Counted from the stretch's first letter, positions 26,973 through 37,114 are shown. The stretch is DNA of 64,000 bases from Anaerolineaceae bacterium (GCA_034429975.1 DAOUFM010000118.1:18570-82569), one strand, 5' to 3'. Numbers and translations: made by a program. The notes: generated from the letters alone by a model not told the origin.

Positions 26973-27742
26973 AACCTAAAGTCCTGATTTTATACGTACC
27001 CGGCACCACCCGGGAAGCGGAACTCAGCATCGCTTTTCAACACGCCGGGGCACTCACCGAGATTCTCCCTCTCAGCCCAACTCAGCGATCACAACCTGGC
27101 TGGAAAGATTACCAGATTTTGGCGCTGCCCGGGGGTTTCTCCTATGCCGATGCTCTGGGAGCCGGAAAGTTGTGGGCGCTGGAATTACAGACGTATTTTA
27201 AGGAAGAACTGCAGCATTTTATCGCTGATGGAAAGCCGGTTATTGGCATCGGTAATGGGTTTCAGGCTTTGGTAAAATCCAGTATCTTGCCTGGCAGCAC
27301 TCCCACGAGTCAGTCTCCAATCGTCAGCCTGACTGTTAACCATAACGGTAGATTTGACTCCCGTTGGGTCTATTTGCAGCCGCAATCCCAAACCTGCCTT
27401 TGGACAGTTGGGCTGGAGGGCATGATCTTTTGCCCAATTGCTCACAAAGAGGGTAATTTCCAGTTGACTGACCCATCCCAACGCACCGTTCTGCAGCAAC
27501 AGGACCAGATCGCACTGTGTTATCACCAGCCGGATGGCTCTCCGGCCAACGGGGAATACCCACACAACCCCAATGGATCTCAGGCCGATATCGCTGGAAT
27601 TTGTAATCCGCAGGGTAATGTTTTAGGTTTAATGCCTCACCCCGAAAACCATCTTTTTAGCTTTCAAAACCCGCATCGAGTTGCTCATCAGTCTGGGTTG
27701 AGTTTATTCAAAAATGGCGTTCAATACGCCCAACAAAGTTGA
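26969..27742 (+). CDS. purQ: FGAM synthase glutamine amidotransferase subunit PurQ (nucleophile position is Gly)
   Basis: LPGGFSYAD, GKPVIGIGNGFQALV and LGLMPHPE align with remembered PurQ sequences. Codon 95 (27251-27253) is GGT where the catalytic Cys is expected. Confidence 0.88.
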   Translation: MKPKVLILYVPGTTREAELSIAFQHAGALTEILPLSPTQRSQPGWKDYQILALPGGFSYADALGAGKLWALELQTYFKEELQHFIADGKPVIGIGNGFQALVKSSILPGSTPTSQSPIVSLTVNHNGRFDSRWVYLQPQSQTCLWTVGLEGMIFCPIAHKEGNFQLTDPSQRTVLQQQDQIALCYHQPDGSPANGEYPHNPNGSQADIAGICNPQGNVLGLMPHPENHLFSFQNPHRVAHQSGLSLFKNGVQYAQQS

Positions 27743-27753
27743 GGAAAGAAAAA

Positions 27754-28725
27754 ATGCTGAAAACCGAAACAATCCAAAAAGCAATCCCTCTGGCGCTGGA
27801 GGGCACGAATCTGCCCCTACCAGGCAAACAACACGGTAAGGTGCGTGATTGGTATCAACTCCCACAACAGCAGAGGTTGATCGTCACCAGTGATCGCCTC
27901 TCGGCTTTTGATCGCAATCTGGCTGCCGTGCCATATAAAGGGCAGGTGCTCAATCAACTGGCTGCCTGGTGGTTTTCTCAGACTGAGGATGTGATCCCCA
28001 ATCATCTGCTCAGTATTCCGGACCCAAATTGTGCTGTGGTTCAAGAGGTGGAGCCGCTGCCCATTGAGGTGATTGTGCGCGGTTATATCACCGGAGTGAC
28101 CAGCACAGCCTTATGGTATCGTTACAATCTGGGAGAACGAGAAATCTATGGCTACCATTTCCCGGAAGGCTTACGCAAGAATCAACCCCTGCGACACACC
28201 ATCATCACCCCCACCACCAAAGGCGGTCCAAGCGGGCACGATGAACGTCTGACCTGTGCCGAGGTTGTGAATAATGGTTACCTACCTCAAAAAGATTGGG
28301 ATGTGATTCAAGCAGCGGCGTTACAAATTTTTCAAAAAGGCCAGGAAGTGGCTGCAGCAGCGGGATTAATTCTGGTAGATACCAAATATGAGTTTGGTCG
28401 CACCCCATTTGGTGAAATCATCCTGATTGATGAGGTTCACACCCCGGATTCTTCCCGTTTCTGGAAAGCAGAAAACTACGCCGAGCGTTTCGAACGGGGG
28501 CAGGAACCAGAGAATTTTGATAAGGAATTTATCCGCATCGCCTATGCCGATCAGGGTTATCGCGGTGATGGAGAGCCCCCACACATGCCGGATCAGTTAT
28601 GGGTACAGGCCAGCCAGCGCTACATCAAAATCTATGAAGTGCTAACCAGGTTGGAATTTATTCCAGGCGAGTACCCGGCGGAAGAGCGCATCCATAAAAA
28701 TTTACAGGAAGCAGGTATTTTATGA
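27754..28725 (+). CDS. purC: SAICAR synthetase (long form)
   Basis: LIVTSDRLSAFDR and LILVDTKYEFG motifs. ATG 27754 has a GAGGA SD; the track's TTG start at 27739 overlaps purQ. Confidence 0.9.
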   Translation: MLKTETIQKAIPLALEGTNLPLPGKQHGKVRDWYQLPQQQRLIVTSDRLSAFDRNLAAVPYKGQVLNQLAAWWFSQTEDVIPNHLLSIPDPNCAVVQEVEPLPIEVIVRGYITGVTSTALWYRYNLGEREIYGYHFPEGLRKNQPLRHTIITPTTKGGPSGHDERLTCAEVVNNGYLPQKDWDVIQAAALQIFQKGQEVAAAAGLILVDTKYEFGRTPFGEIILIDEVHTPDSSRFWKAENYAERFERGQEPENFDKEFIRIAYADQGYRGDGEPPHMPDQLWVQASQRYIKIYEVLTRLEFIPGEYPAEERIHKNLQEAGIL

Positions 28726-29210
28726 AGAAAGCCTATGTTGTCATCCTGATGGGTTCCAAATCGGATCTGGAACACGCCCAGAAAATAAAATCGGCAGCGG
28801 AGTCCTTTGGGATTCCGGTGGAACTGCGGGTAGGCTCCGCCCATAAAACTGCTGAACACGTCACCCAGATGCTGAAAGCCTATGAAGCAGACCCCACTCC
28901 CAAAGTCTATGTCACCATTGCCGGGCGCTCCAATGCGCTTTCCGGCTTTACGGATGGCATGGTGACCGCACCTGTGATTGCCTGTCCACCGCCATCTGAA
29001 AGTTATGCTGGCGCAGATATCTATTCTTCCTTGCGAATGCCTTCCGGAATTGCTCCAGCAGTCGTGTTGGAACCGGCTAATGCTGCTTTGTTAGCAGCCA
29101 AAATCATCGCGCTTACTGATGCTGAAGTTAAGCAAAAAGTGGCTGCCTTCCAACACAAAAACGCCCGAACAATTATCCAGGACGATCAGGAACTTTATGG
29201 AAAACATTAA
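28722..29210 (+). CDS. purE: Class II PurE (AIR carboxylase type)
   Basis: The protein has SAHK (not SAHR), IAGRSNALSGF and PVIACPP, the class II (PAICS-like) signatures as I remember them. No purK is in the operon. ATGA overlap with purC. Confidence 0.85.
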   Translation: MKKAYVVILMGSKSDLEHAQKIKSAAESFGIPVELRVGSAHKTAEHVTQMLKAYEADPTPKVYVTIAGRSNALSGFTDGMVTAPVIACPPPSESYAGADIYSSLRMPSGIAPAVVLEPANAALLAAKIIALTDAEVKQKVAAFQHKNARTIIQDDQELYGKH

Positions 29211-30627
29211 TTTTTCTCTCCATTCCGATCACCCTCATGAAGAATGTGGTGTCCTGGGAATCTTTGCTCCGCAGGAAGATGTAGCCCGCATGGCTTTTTT
29301 TGGTCTGTTCGCCTTACAGCATCGCGGGCAGGATGCTACCGGGTTGGCAGTTTCAAATGGTGAGAGCATCCGTCTGCATAAAGATATCGGGTTGGTATCA
29401 CACGTGTTTACACCAGGCGTTTTAGAAAAAATGGGCGGCGATTTTGCCATCGGGCATACCCGTTACACCATCGAAGGCGTTGCCACCGCCAGTAATTCAC
29501 AACCCTTTATGCTCAACACCCAATTTGGCCCGTTAGCTCTGGCACATAATGGCAGTCTGGTCAATGCCCCCGAATTGCGCGAACGTTTGATGCGCTCCGG
29601 GGTTGGCTTAACTTCCAACACCGATACCGAAGTCATGCTCATGATGTTAGCCGGTGCGCACGGGGATACCTGGTTCGAACGCTTACAGGATGCGATGCAG
29701 CATTGGGTCGGCGCTTATTCTCTGGTGCTGCTTACCAAAGATCAGGTTTTTGCTGTACGTGACCCGTGGGGAATTCGCCCTTTAAGTGTGGGCTTACTGC
29801 CTAATGGCGGGCATGCTGCCGCTTCCGAGACCGGGGCTCTGATGACGCTGGGGTGTGAAGCGGTGCGTGAAGTGCAGCCGGGAGAGATTGTCGCCCTCAG
29901 CAATACCGCTTTAACCGTCAACCAGGCATTACGGCCAGCGAAAAAACGTGCTTTTTGTTCCTTTGAGCATGTGTATTTCTCCCGCCCGGATGCCTACTGG
30001 GACAGGCGCAGCGTCCATTCGGTGCGCCATCGTTTAGGAGTAGAGCTGGCTCACCAGGCGCCTACAGACGCAGATGTGGTCATCCCGATCCCGGATTCGT
30101 CCATCTCAGCAGCAATTGGCTATTCACAGGCTTCCGGCATCCCCTACAACATCGGTTTCATTAAAAATCGCTACATTGGGCGTACCTTTATCGAACCCAC
30201 CGATTTCCTGCGGAAACAGGGAGTCGCTCTGAAATACAATGTACTGGTAGAGACGGTATCCGACAAACGGGTAGTCATGGTGGACGATTCAATTGTGCGC
30301 GGTAACACTACCGGTCCCCTCATCCAATTGCTGCGCAAGGCTGGCGCCAGAGAAGTGCATGTGCGTATTTCCAGCCCGCCGGTGAGACATCCTTGCCATC
30401 TGGGCGTCAATATGGGAACGTATGCAGAATTAATTGCTGCCCATAAAAGCGTGGATGAAATTCGCCAGCATGTCGGCGCCGATTCTTTAGTCTACCTGAC
30501 ACTGGAAGGTATGATGAAAGCCATTGGCAGCGAAAATGGTTATTGTGCCGCCTGTTTCACCGGGATCAATCCGACTTTTATCCAAAATAATGACCGGAAT
30601 GCTGGCAATAAAAACACAGAAGATTGA
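29197..30627 (+). CDS. purF: Amidophosphoribosyltransferase with propeptide and Fe-S type C-terminus
   Basis: MENINFSLHSDHPHEE-CGVLGIF places the N-terminal nucleophile Cys after a propeptide. DSIVRG and CAACFTG are present. ATG 29197 is preferred over the track start at 29119. Confidence 0.9.
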   Translation: MENINFSLHSDHPHEECGVLGIFAPQEDVARMAFFGLFALQHRGQDATGLAVSNGESIRLHKDIGLVSHVFTPGVLEKMGGDFAIGHTRYTIEGVATASNSQPFMLNTQFGPLALAHNGSLVNAPELRERLMRSGVGLTSNTDTEVMLMMLAGAHGDTWFERLQDAMQHWVGAYSLVLLTKDQVFAVRDPWGIRPLSVGLLPNGGHAAASETGALMTLGCEAVREVQPGEIVALSNTALTVNQALRPAKKRAFCSFEHVYFSRPDAYWDRRSVHSVRHRLGVELAHQAPTDADVVIPIPDSSISAAIGYSQASGIPYNIGFIKNRYIGRTFIEPTDFLRKQGVALKYNVLVETVSDKRVVMVDDSIVRGNTTGPLIQLLRKAGAREVHVRISSPPVRHPCHLGVNMGTYAELIAAHKSVDEIRQHVGADSLVYLTLEGMMKAIGSENGYCAACFTGINPTFIQNNDRNAGNKNTED

Positions 30628-30640
30628 GCGGGAGGGAAGC

Positions 30641-32917
30641 ATGCGCGTATTACTGATTGGTTCGGGCGGTCGTGAACATGCCATCGCCTGGAAGCTGGCA
30701 CAATCAAGCCGCCAACCTGAACTTTTCTTTGCCCCCGGCAATGACGCCATGGCAGAACTGGGCGCCTGTATTCCGCTGGCTGTCGAGGATGCAGCCGGGA
30801 TAACCCAATTTGCAGTCCACAACGCAATTGACCTGGTGGTTATCGGACCAGAAGCTGCGCTGGCAGCCGGTGTTAGTGATGAAGTGTCAGCAGCCGGGAT
30901 TGCCGTGTTCGGCCCAACCCGGGCTGCCGCTCAACTGGAAACTTCCAAAGCTTTTGCCAAGAATTTTATGCAGGAACGGAAAATCCCCACCGCTCATTTT
31001 GCTGTTTTTGAAGATTATCCAGCAGCCTGTGCTCATCTGGAGCAGATTGATTACCCGGTGGTGATCAAAGCTTCCGGATTAGCAGCCGGCAAAGGTGTCA
31101 TCCTCCCGGAAAACAATCAGGAAGCTTTGGCTGCTTTGCAATCCATTTTCATAGAGAAAGTGTTTGGAGAGGCAGGCAGCCAGGTGGTCATAGAAGAACG
31201 CCTCACTGGCCCGGAGATTTCAGTACAGGCTTTTTCAGATGGGCACAACCTGTCCCTGATACCTCCAGCTCAGGATCATAAACGCCTGCTAACCGGTGAC
31301 CTGGGTCCCAATACCGGCGGAATGGGTGCCTATGCGCCGGCATCTCTCGTAAATGAACACCAATTGAGCGAAATTCAAAACACCATCCTGAAACCTGCCC
31401 TGGATGGCTTGCAGGCTTTGGGAATCCCCTTTGTGGGCGTTTTGTATGCCGGCTTGATGCTTACCTCCGCTGGTCCACGAGTGTTGGAGTTCAATGCCCG
31501 TCTGGGCGACCCGGAAACTCAGGTAATTCTGCCCTTGCTGAAAAGTGATTTGCTGGAAGTTATGCTGGCCTGCACGCACGGACGCCTGCAGGAGTTAGAG
31601 GTGCAGTGGTCAACACAGTCGGCGGTTTGTGTAGTGCTGGCATCCGCCGGATATCCTGGGAGATTACAAACCGGATTTCCGTTGACAGGTTTGAAACGGA
31701 ATTTTCCAAATGGAATGCTCTTTCATGCCGGCACACGCTGGCAGGAGGACCATTTCATTAATTCAGGCGGACGGGTGCTGGGGGTGACCGCCTGGGCAGA
31801 CTCGTTACCAGACGCCATTGAAACTACGTACCAGGCGGTAGAACAGATTCATTTTGATGGCAGACAATACCGGCAGGATATCGGACGAAAAGGCCTGCCA
31901 AAGCAAGCCCATTCGAATGCCTATCAGCAAGCCGGGGTCAATATTGATGCCGGCAACCAGGCAGTCCAGTTGATGAAAGCTGCTGTTCAATCCACCTTCA
32001 CGCCCCAGGTGCTTTCTCAGGTGGGCAGTTTTGGCGGTTTGTTCGAAATCTCCCATCTGAAATCCGGAGCGATTCTGGTAGCCTCCACTGACGGGGTCGG
32101 TACCAAAGTAGAAATAGCTGCCCGGCTGGGTCGTTATCACGGCATTGGAGAGGACATTGTCAATCACTGTACCAATGACATCCTGGTACAGGGCGCCCAT
32201 CCTCTTTTCTTCCTGGATTATTTCGCCACGGCGAAACTGCAACCTGAAATCGTGGCTGAAATTGTCAGCGGGATGGCGCATGCCTGCCGTGAGAATGGCT
32301 GTGCATTATTGGGCGGAGAAACTGCAGAAATGCCCGGTGTCTATCTTCCAGGAGCTTTTGATGTCGCCGGTACTATCGTCGGAGTTGTGCAACCAGACGT
32401 AATTCTCCCGCGTAAAGAGTTGGTCAGGCCCGGAGATTTTTTGATTGGCTTCCAGTCCAGCGGGCCGCATACCAACGGCTATTCCTTAATCCGCAATCTG
32501 TGTGAGAATGAAGATTTGCTGGCTGAGCGCTCTGACCTGGGGGGCAGCCTGGCCGATCTTCTGCTCGCCCCGCATCGTTCCTATCTAAAATTGCTCCATC
32601 CTTACCTCAGTCATTTCAAAGCGCTGGCACATATCACCGGCGGCGGATTCATCGAGAATATTCCACGAGTGTTACCGGACCATCTTCAGGTGGTAATTGA
32701 ACGGCATGGCTGGCAAATTCCTCCGCTTTACCATTGGTTACAGCAAAAGGGACAGATTGGCGACGAGGAAATGGCACGCGTCTTCAATTTGGGGATTGGC
32801 ATGGTCGCGATCATTGACCCGGCCGAGTGGGATAATCTCCGTTCGTTAATTCCAGAAACTGGTTTTGTGATCGGTTATGTCAGCGAGCAACAAACATCCC
32901 GGGTGGTGTTGAAATGA
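30641..32917 (+). CDS. purDM: Bifunctional GAR synthetase / AIR synthetase (PurD-PurM fusion)
   Basis: MRVLLIGSGGREHAIAWKL opens a PurD ATP-grasp domain. From about residue 420, YQQAGVNIDAGN...DGVGTK...GGGFIENIPR is PurM. GGAGGG SD before ATG 30641. Confidence 0.9.
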   Translation: MRVLLIGSGGREHAIAWKLAQSSRQPELFFAPGNDAMAELGACIPLAVEDAAGITQFAVHNAIDLVVIGPEAALAAGVSDEVSAAGIAVFGPTRAAAQLETSKAFAKNFMQERKIPTAHFAVFEDYPAACAHLEQIDYPVVIKASGLAAGKGVILPENNQEALAALQSIFIEKVFGEAGSQVVIEERLTGPEISVQAFSDGHNLSLIPPAQDHKRLLTGDLGPNTGGMGAYAPASLVNEHQLSEIQNTILKPALDGLQALGIPFVGVLYAGLMLTSAGPRVLEFNARLGDPETQVILPLLKSDLLEVMLACTHGRLQELEVQWSTQSAVCVVLASAGYPGRLQTGFPLTGLKRNFPNGMLFHAGTRWQEDHFINSGGRVLGVTAWADSLPDAIETTYQAVEQIHFDGRQYRQDIGRKGLPKQAHSNAYQQAGVNIDAGNQAVQLMKAAVQSTFTPQVLSQVGSFGGLFEISHLKSGAILVASTDGVGTKVEIAARLGRYHGIGEDIVNHCTNDILVQGAHPLFFLDYFATAKLQPEIVAEIVSGMAHACRENGCALLGGETAEMPGVYLPGAFDVAGTIVGVVQPDVILPRKELVRPGDFLIGFQSSGPHTNGYSLIRNLCENEDLLAERSDLGGSLADLLLAPHRSYLKLLHPYLSHFKALAHITGGGFIENIPRVLPDHLQVVIERHGWQIPPLYHWLQQKGQIGDEEMARVFNLGIGMVAIIDPAEWDNLRSLIPETGFVIGYVSEQQTSRVVLK

Positions 32918-33549
32918 CAGCTTTAGCGAACAAAGCGCGTCTGGTTGTGCTGATTTCTGGAAATGGCTCCAATCTGCAAGCGATCATTAATGCTATTCAA
33001 TCCGGTCATCTCCCCGCAGAAATCATGGCGGTGGTATCCAATCAAGCCGGTGTCTTCGGTTTGGAACGTGCCTCTATTGCTGGTATCCCCGCATTGATAT
33101 TCCCAAAATTGAAAGACCAGACCCGGGAAGAATATGATGCTCAATTAGCCCGTCTGATCCAACCCTTTGCCCCTGATTGGGTGCTTCTGGCTGGCTGGAT
33201 GCGGATCCTGACCCTAGATTTTCTGGGGCAATTCCCTGGCCGGGTGATCAACCTCCACCCGGCGTTACCAGGCGCCTTCCCAGGCACCCACGCCATCGAG
33301 CGCGCCTATGCAGCCTTTCAGCGCGGGGAAATTCAGGAAACCGGTGTAATGGTGCATCTGGTACCGGATGCCGGCGTCGATACAGGTCCCGTGGTGGCTC
33401 AGGCGGCAGTACCGATCTTGCCGGAGGATACGTTGGCTGATCTCGAAAAAAGAATCCATCAGACAGAGCATCGTTTGCTGGTTGAAACCTTAATGCAATT
33501 AATTTCCAAGGAGGAAACAAATGCCAAAAGCACTTCTATCTGTTCATGA
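32914..33549 (+). CDS. purN: GAR formyltransferase
   Basis: VVLISGNGSNLQAII and INLHPALPGAF motifs. ATGA overlap with purDM. Confidence 0.9.
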   Translation: MTALANKARLVVLISGNGSNLQAIINAIQSGHLPAEIMAVVSNQAGVFGLERASIAGIPALIFPKLKDQTREEYDAQLARLIQPFAPDWVLLAGWMRILTLDFLGQFPGRVINLHPALPGAFPGTHAIERAYAAFQRGEIQETGVMVHLVPDAGVDTGPVVAQAAVPILPEDTLADLEKRIHQTEHRLLVETLMQLISKEETNAKSTSICS

Positions 33550-35020
33550 CAAAACCGGGTTGGTTGAATTTGCCCAGGCACTCCATCAACTGGGGTGGGA
33601 ACTGATCGCCAGCGGAGGTACTGCGCGTTTATTACGCGAGAATCGTCTGCCGATCACTGAGGTGTCAGAGTACACCAGATCACCCGAGATCCTGGGCGGC
33701 CGGGTGAAGACGCTGCATCCCGCCATCCACGGTGGCATTCTGGCGCGTGGCACCCGGGAACATCAGAGCGAATTAGAGCAATTGAACTGGCAGTACATTG
33801 ATCTGGTAGTGGTCAATTTGTATCCTTTTGAAGCCACCATCGCCCAGCCAGATGTCTCGCTGGCTGAAGCGATCGAACAGATTGATATCGGTGGCGTCGC
33901 CCTTATCCGCGCAGCCGCCAAGAATCATGAACGTGTCACCCTGATTTGTGACCCGGGTGACTACAACCAGGTGCAATTGGCACTTAAAAATGGTGGGATA
34001 AGCCCAGAATTAAGGCGGGAACTGGCTATCAAAGGCTTCTGTACTACCACCCATTACGACGCCATCATTGCTGATTATCTGAGCGGATCAGAAACGCAAA
34101 GCTTGCATTTGTACCCTATCCAATCTTTACGCTATGGCGAAAACCCGCATCAATCTGCACAGTTATTCGCTTATCAAGCCGGGCAGGCCCCATTGGGAGG
34201 TCGTGTCTTGCAGGGCAAAGAACTCTCCTACAACAACCTGCTCGACCTGGACGCAGCCTGGCGCGCGGTGATCAGTTTTGAGGAGTGCAGTGTTGCCATT
34301 GTTAAACATCTCTCACCCTGTGGCATTGCCTCAGCAGAACGCCAGGTGGAAGCCTACCAGCACGCTCTGGAAAGTGACCCGGTTTCTGCTTTTGGCGGAA
34401 TCGTCGCTTTTAACCGACCATTAGATGGGGAGACCGCTGAAAGCGTCAGCCAGTTGTTTGTCGAATGTATCGCAGCGCCTGGATTCAGCCCGGCTGCATT
34501 GGAGATTCTTGGACAGAAAAAGAATTTGCGCTTGCTGGAAATGCCCAATCTCGAAGTTGAGCCACTGGTGGAATATCGCTCCATTGTCCGCGGTTTATTA
34601 CAACAAACTGTCGATCTGGGTGATCCCAAGGGCACGCACTGGCGGGTGGTGACCGAGAAACAGCCAACATCAGAACAATATGATGATTTGATGTTCGCCT
34701 GGAAAGCCTGCCAGCACGTCAAATCCAACGCGATTGTTTTTGCCAAAGGCAAAGCCACAGTTGGTATCGGGGGCGGGCAACCTAATCGGGTGGACTGCGT
34801 CGTCATGGCAGCCCAACGCGCCGGTGAGAAAGCCCGCGGAGCAGTGATGGCATCGGATGCCTTCTTTCCATTCTCTGACTCAGTCGAAAAAGCCGCGGCT
34901 GCCGGAGTGGTTGCTATTGTCCAGCCAGGCGGGTCTGTCCGCGATCAGGAATCGATTGATCTCTGCAATCGGCTGGGCATCAGTATGGTATTCACCGCTG
35001 TCCGTCATTTCAGGCACTAA
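33521..35020 (+). CDS. purH: Bifunctional AICAR formyltransferase / IMP cyclohydrolase
   Basis: ALLSVHDKTG, RVKTLHP, YGENPHQ and GGSVRD motifs. Overlaps purN by 29 nt. Confidence 0.92.
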   Translation: MPKALLSVHDKTGLVEFAQALHQLGWELIASGGTARLLRENRLPITEVSEYTRSPEILGGRVKTLHPAIHGGILARGTREHQSELEQLNWQYIDLVVVNLYPFEATIAQPDVSLAEAIEQIDIGGVALIRAAAKNHERVTLICDPGDYNQVQLALKNGGISPELRRELAIKGFCTTTHYDAIIADYLSGSETQSLHLYPIQSLRYGENPHQSAQLFAYQAGQAPLGGRVLQGKELSYNNLLDLDAAWRAVISFEECSVAIVKHLSPCGIASAERQVEAYQHALESDPVSAFGGIVAFNRPLDGETAESVSQLFVECIAAPGFSPAALEILGQKKNLRLLEMPNLEVEPLVEYRSIVRGLLQQTVDLGDPKGTHWRVVTEKQPTSEQYDDLMFAWKACQHVKSNAIVFAKGKATVGIGGGQPNRVDCVVMAAQRAGEKARGAVMASDAFFPFSDSVEKAAAAGVVAIVQPGGSVRDQESIDLCNRLGISMVFTAVRHFRH

Positions 35021-35077
35021 AGACAATTTAACTGCACAGACTTATTGCAAAGGAAAAACAACAGGTTTATCGGTCAC

Positions 35078-35105
35078 TTGACGCGCGGAGAAAAAACCTT
35101 ATAAT
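35078..35105 (+). promoter_or_regulatory. Sigma70-type promoter TTGACG-16-TATAAT
   Basis: -35 at 35078-35083 and -10 at 35100-35105. This placement argues for the ATG 35149 start of the downstream small gene. Confidence 0.55.
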
Positions 35106-35148
35106 GCATTTAAAGGCTTATCTAAATCAAGCCGGATTGGAGATCGTT

Positions 35149-35361
35149 ATGGCTGAGAAAACAAGCGAAGGACCGAAGAACCCGAAAATTAAAGAAGCCC
35201 GCGAACATATGCGCGCTGCCCGTGAAAACATGCATAAAGTTGCAGAATCATTTCTTCCTGAAGGCGTGCGCGATCATCAACGCGCCGCTCGGAAAGAATT
35301 TCTATTGGGACTGCGCAGTCTCTTAGATGCGGCCATCGAACAATCTGAAAAAACAAATTAA
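35149..35361 (+). CDS. 70-aa helical hypothetical protein
   Basis: MAEKTSEGPKNPKIKEAREHMRAARENMHK... GGAG SD 6 nt upstream, with its own promoter and terminator. Confidence 0.55.
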   Translation: MAEKTSEGPKNPKIKEAREHMRAARENMHKVAESFLPEGVRDHQRAARKEFLLGLRSLLDAAIEQSEKTN

Positions 35362-35381
35362 TTTCTAACCAAGCGTAAATT

Positions 35382-35420
35382 AAAAAGAGCATGCTGATCC
35401 TTTTCAGGCATGCTCTTTTT
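35382..35420. terminator. Bidirectional rho-independent terminator between convergent genes
   Basis: AAAAAGAGCATGC (35382-35394) pairs with GCATGCTCTTTTT (35408-35420). Confidence 0.8.
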
Positions 35421-35434
35421 GGTTAAGATTTTTG

Positions 35435-37114
35435 TTACCGCCTCAGGAGGATGATCAAGAATAAAATTCCAGCCATGCTGAAGAAAAGCGTTGCCACCAA
35501 CCCTTCGCCCCCCAGAAAGAACTGTCCGCCTGCTAAAAAGAAAGCCGCGAAAAGAATCGCCAGTGTCGTTTTCCGTTGTGCTCTCTGGAGATGTTCAAAC
35601 TCACGATGCAGCCCTGGCACCCGAACGTCCAGGCGTCCCTGTTCCAAGCGTGTCATCAGGTTATCGGCCCTGGCTGGTAGGCGAATCGCCAGTTGAAACA
35701 GCCGGGTGATTTCGCTCCAGATCATGGACCAGCGATCATCCTGATCCTGACCTGACAGTTTGCCAGTGTAAGGAACGATGTTCTCAAAGATATTGAAATC
35801 CGGGTCCAGCCCGGTGCAAATTCCGGAAAGGATGCTGACACAACGCCCCAGTAAAATGATATTATCCGGGGCTTGAAAAGGCATTTCATACAACAGATCC
35901 TCGAACTCCTTCATAAAATCTCTGGCTTCAGAGGCGTGCATCGACATCAATTGGCTGGTGGATTTCCCCCAAAAGCGGTCAAACACCCGTTGGCTGGCTC
36001 GTTCAAGCAAATCCAGGTTGGTGCCTGGCAGCAAGATATCCAGCATTTCGTATGCTTTAATCAACCGGGCGGCGTCCTGCGTTCCGATCGCCAGAACAAC
36101 CTCTTTCAGTCCATTGTAAGTATTTTCTGCGAGCGTGTCTGCCATCCCAAAATCGACAAATGTGATTTTCCAGTTCTCCGGGTCATCTCCATCAGCAGCC
36201 GGTTGGACAAACAGGTTGCCGGGATGCGGGTCGGCATGAAAGAAGCGATCCTCAAAAATCTGTTTTAAATAAGCATTGAACAGCTGTTTCGCCACCGCAC
36301 TGCGATCAATTCCTGCTTTTTCAATCGCTTCGTAATCTGTGATCTTAATACCCATCACATTCTCCAGGGTAAGAACCCGTTTCGTGGTATGACTCCAGAT
36401 CACTTTCGGAACGCGAATATTCGGTAGATCCTTAAAGTTTTCAGCAAACACCTCAGCATTTTTACCTTCATGGATGTAATCGATCTCTTCATATAAGGTG
36501 GCACTGAATTCATCGATCAGACGGGGCAAATTGGCATGCCGGCTGATGGGTTTATATTTCTGCAACCAATAGCCGACAATTTCGAGGGCTGACAGGTCAA
36601 TTTTGACAATCTCCTCAATGCGCGGGCGCTGTACTTTAACCACCACCTCAGGGATTTGAACCTCACCAGCGTCTTTCTGACGCAGACGGGCAACATACAC
36701 CTGCCCGATCGAAGCGGATGCAAAGGGTTGTGTATCAAATTCAGCAAAGACCTGCTTCATCGGTAAACCAAATTCAGCTTCAATCAAGGTTTTAATTGGT
36801 TCAAACGGCGCCGGCAGCACTTCATCCTGTAAACCAGCCAATTCCTCGGTCACTTCACGCGGCATTACATCCAGGCGAGCTGACAGGAACTGCCCCATCT
36901 TGATCAGCACACCACCCATCCGGATGGCTAATAAGCGAAAGCGTTGGGCTATTTTTCGAATACGCCCTGAACGGGTAGCTCTTGATAAGCGTCTCAATCC
37001 CAGGCGCGGAAGAATCAGATCCCACCAAATGACTCCCAGAATGGTCAAGCCAAAGAAAAACAGGATGCGGTAATAACGGTGTCGTAACATTAAACTGATT
37101 ATACTCTGCGCCAA
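35435..37114 (-). CDS. ABC1/UbiB-family atypical kinase
   Basis: 559 aa. FASASIGQVYVARL and FHADPHPGNLFV motifs, with C-terminal TM helices. Confidence 0.88.
   Translation of the reverse strand: MAQSIISLMLRHRYYRILFFFGLTILGVIWWDLILPRLGLRRLSRATRSGRIRKIAQRFRLLAIRMGGVLIKMGQFLSARLDVMPREVTEELAGLQDEVLPAPFEPIKTLIEAEFGLPMKQVFAEFDTQPFASASIGQVYVARLRQKDAGEVQIPEVVVKVQRPRIEEIVKIDLSALEIVGYWLQKYKPISRHANLPRLIDEFSATLYEEIDYIHEGKNAEVFAENFKDLPNIRVPKVIWSHTTKRVLTLENVMGIKITDYEAIEKAGIDRSAVAKQLFNAYLKQIFEDRFFHADPHPGNLFVQPAADGDDPENWKITFVDFGMADTLAENTYNGLKEVVLAIGTQDAARLIKAYEMLDILLPGTNLDLLERASQRVFDRFWGKSTSQLMSMHASEARDFMKEFEDLLYEMPFQAPDNIILLGRCVSILSGICTGLDPDFNIFENIVPYTGKLSGQDQDDRWSMIWSEITRLFQLAIRLPARADNLMTRLEQGRLDVRVPGLHREFEHLQRAQRKTTLAILFAAFFLAGGQFFLGGEGLVATLFFSMAGILFLIILLRR

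Noticed and set aside
29119-29196. Long N-terminal extensions of purF (29119) and purDM (30524) in the ORF track
   Set aside because: The extensions overlap the upstream genes. Downstream ATGs have SD sequences and give canonical N-termini: a propeptide followed by the Cys nucleophile for PurF, and MRVLLIGSGGREH for PurD.
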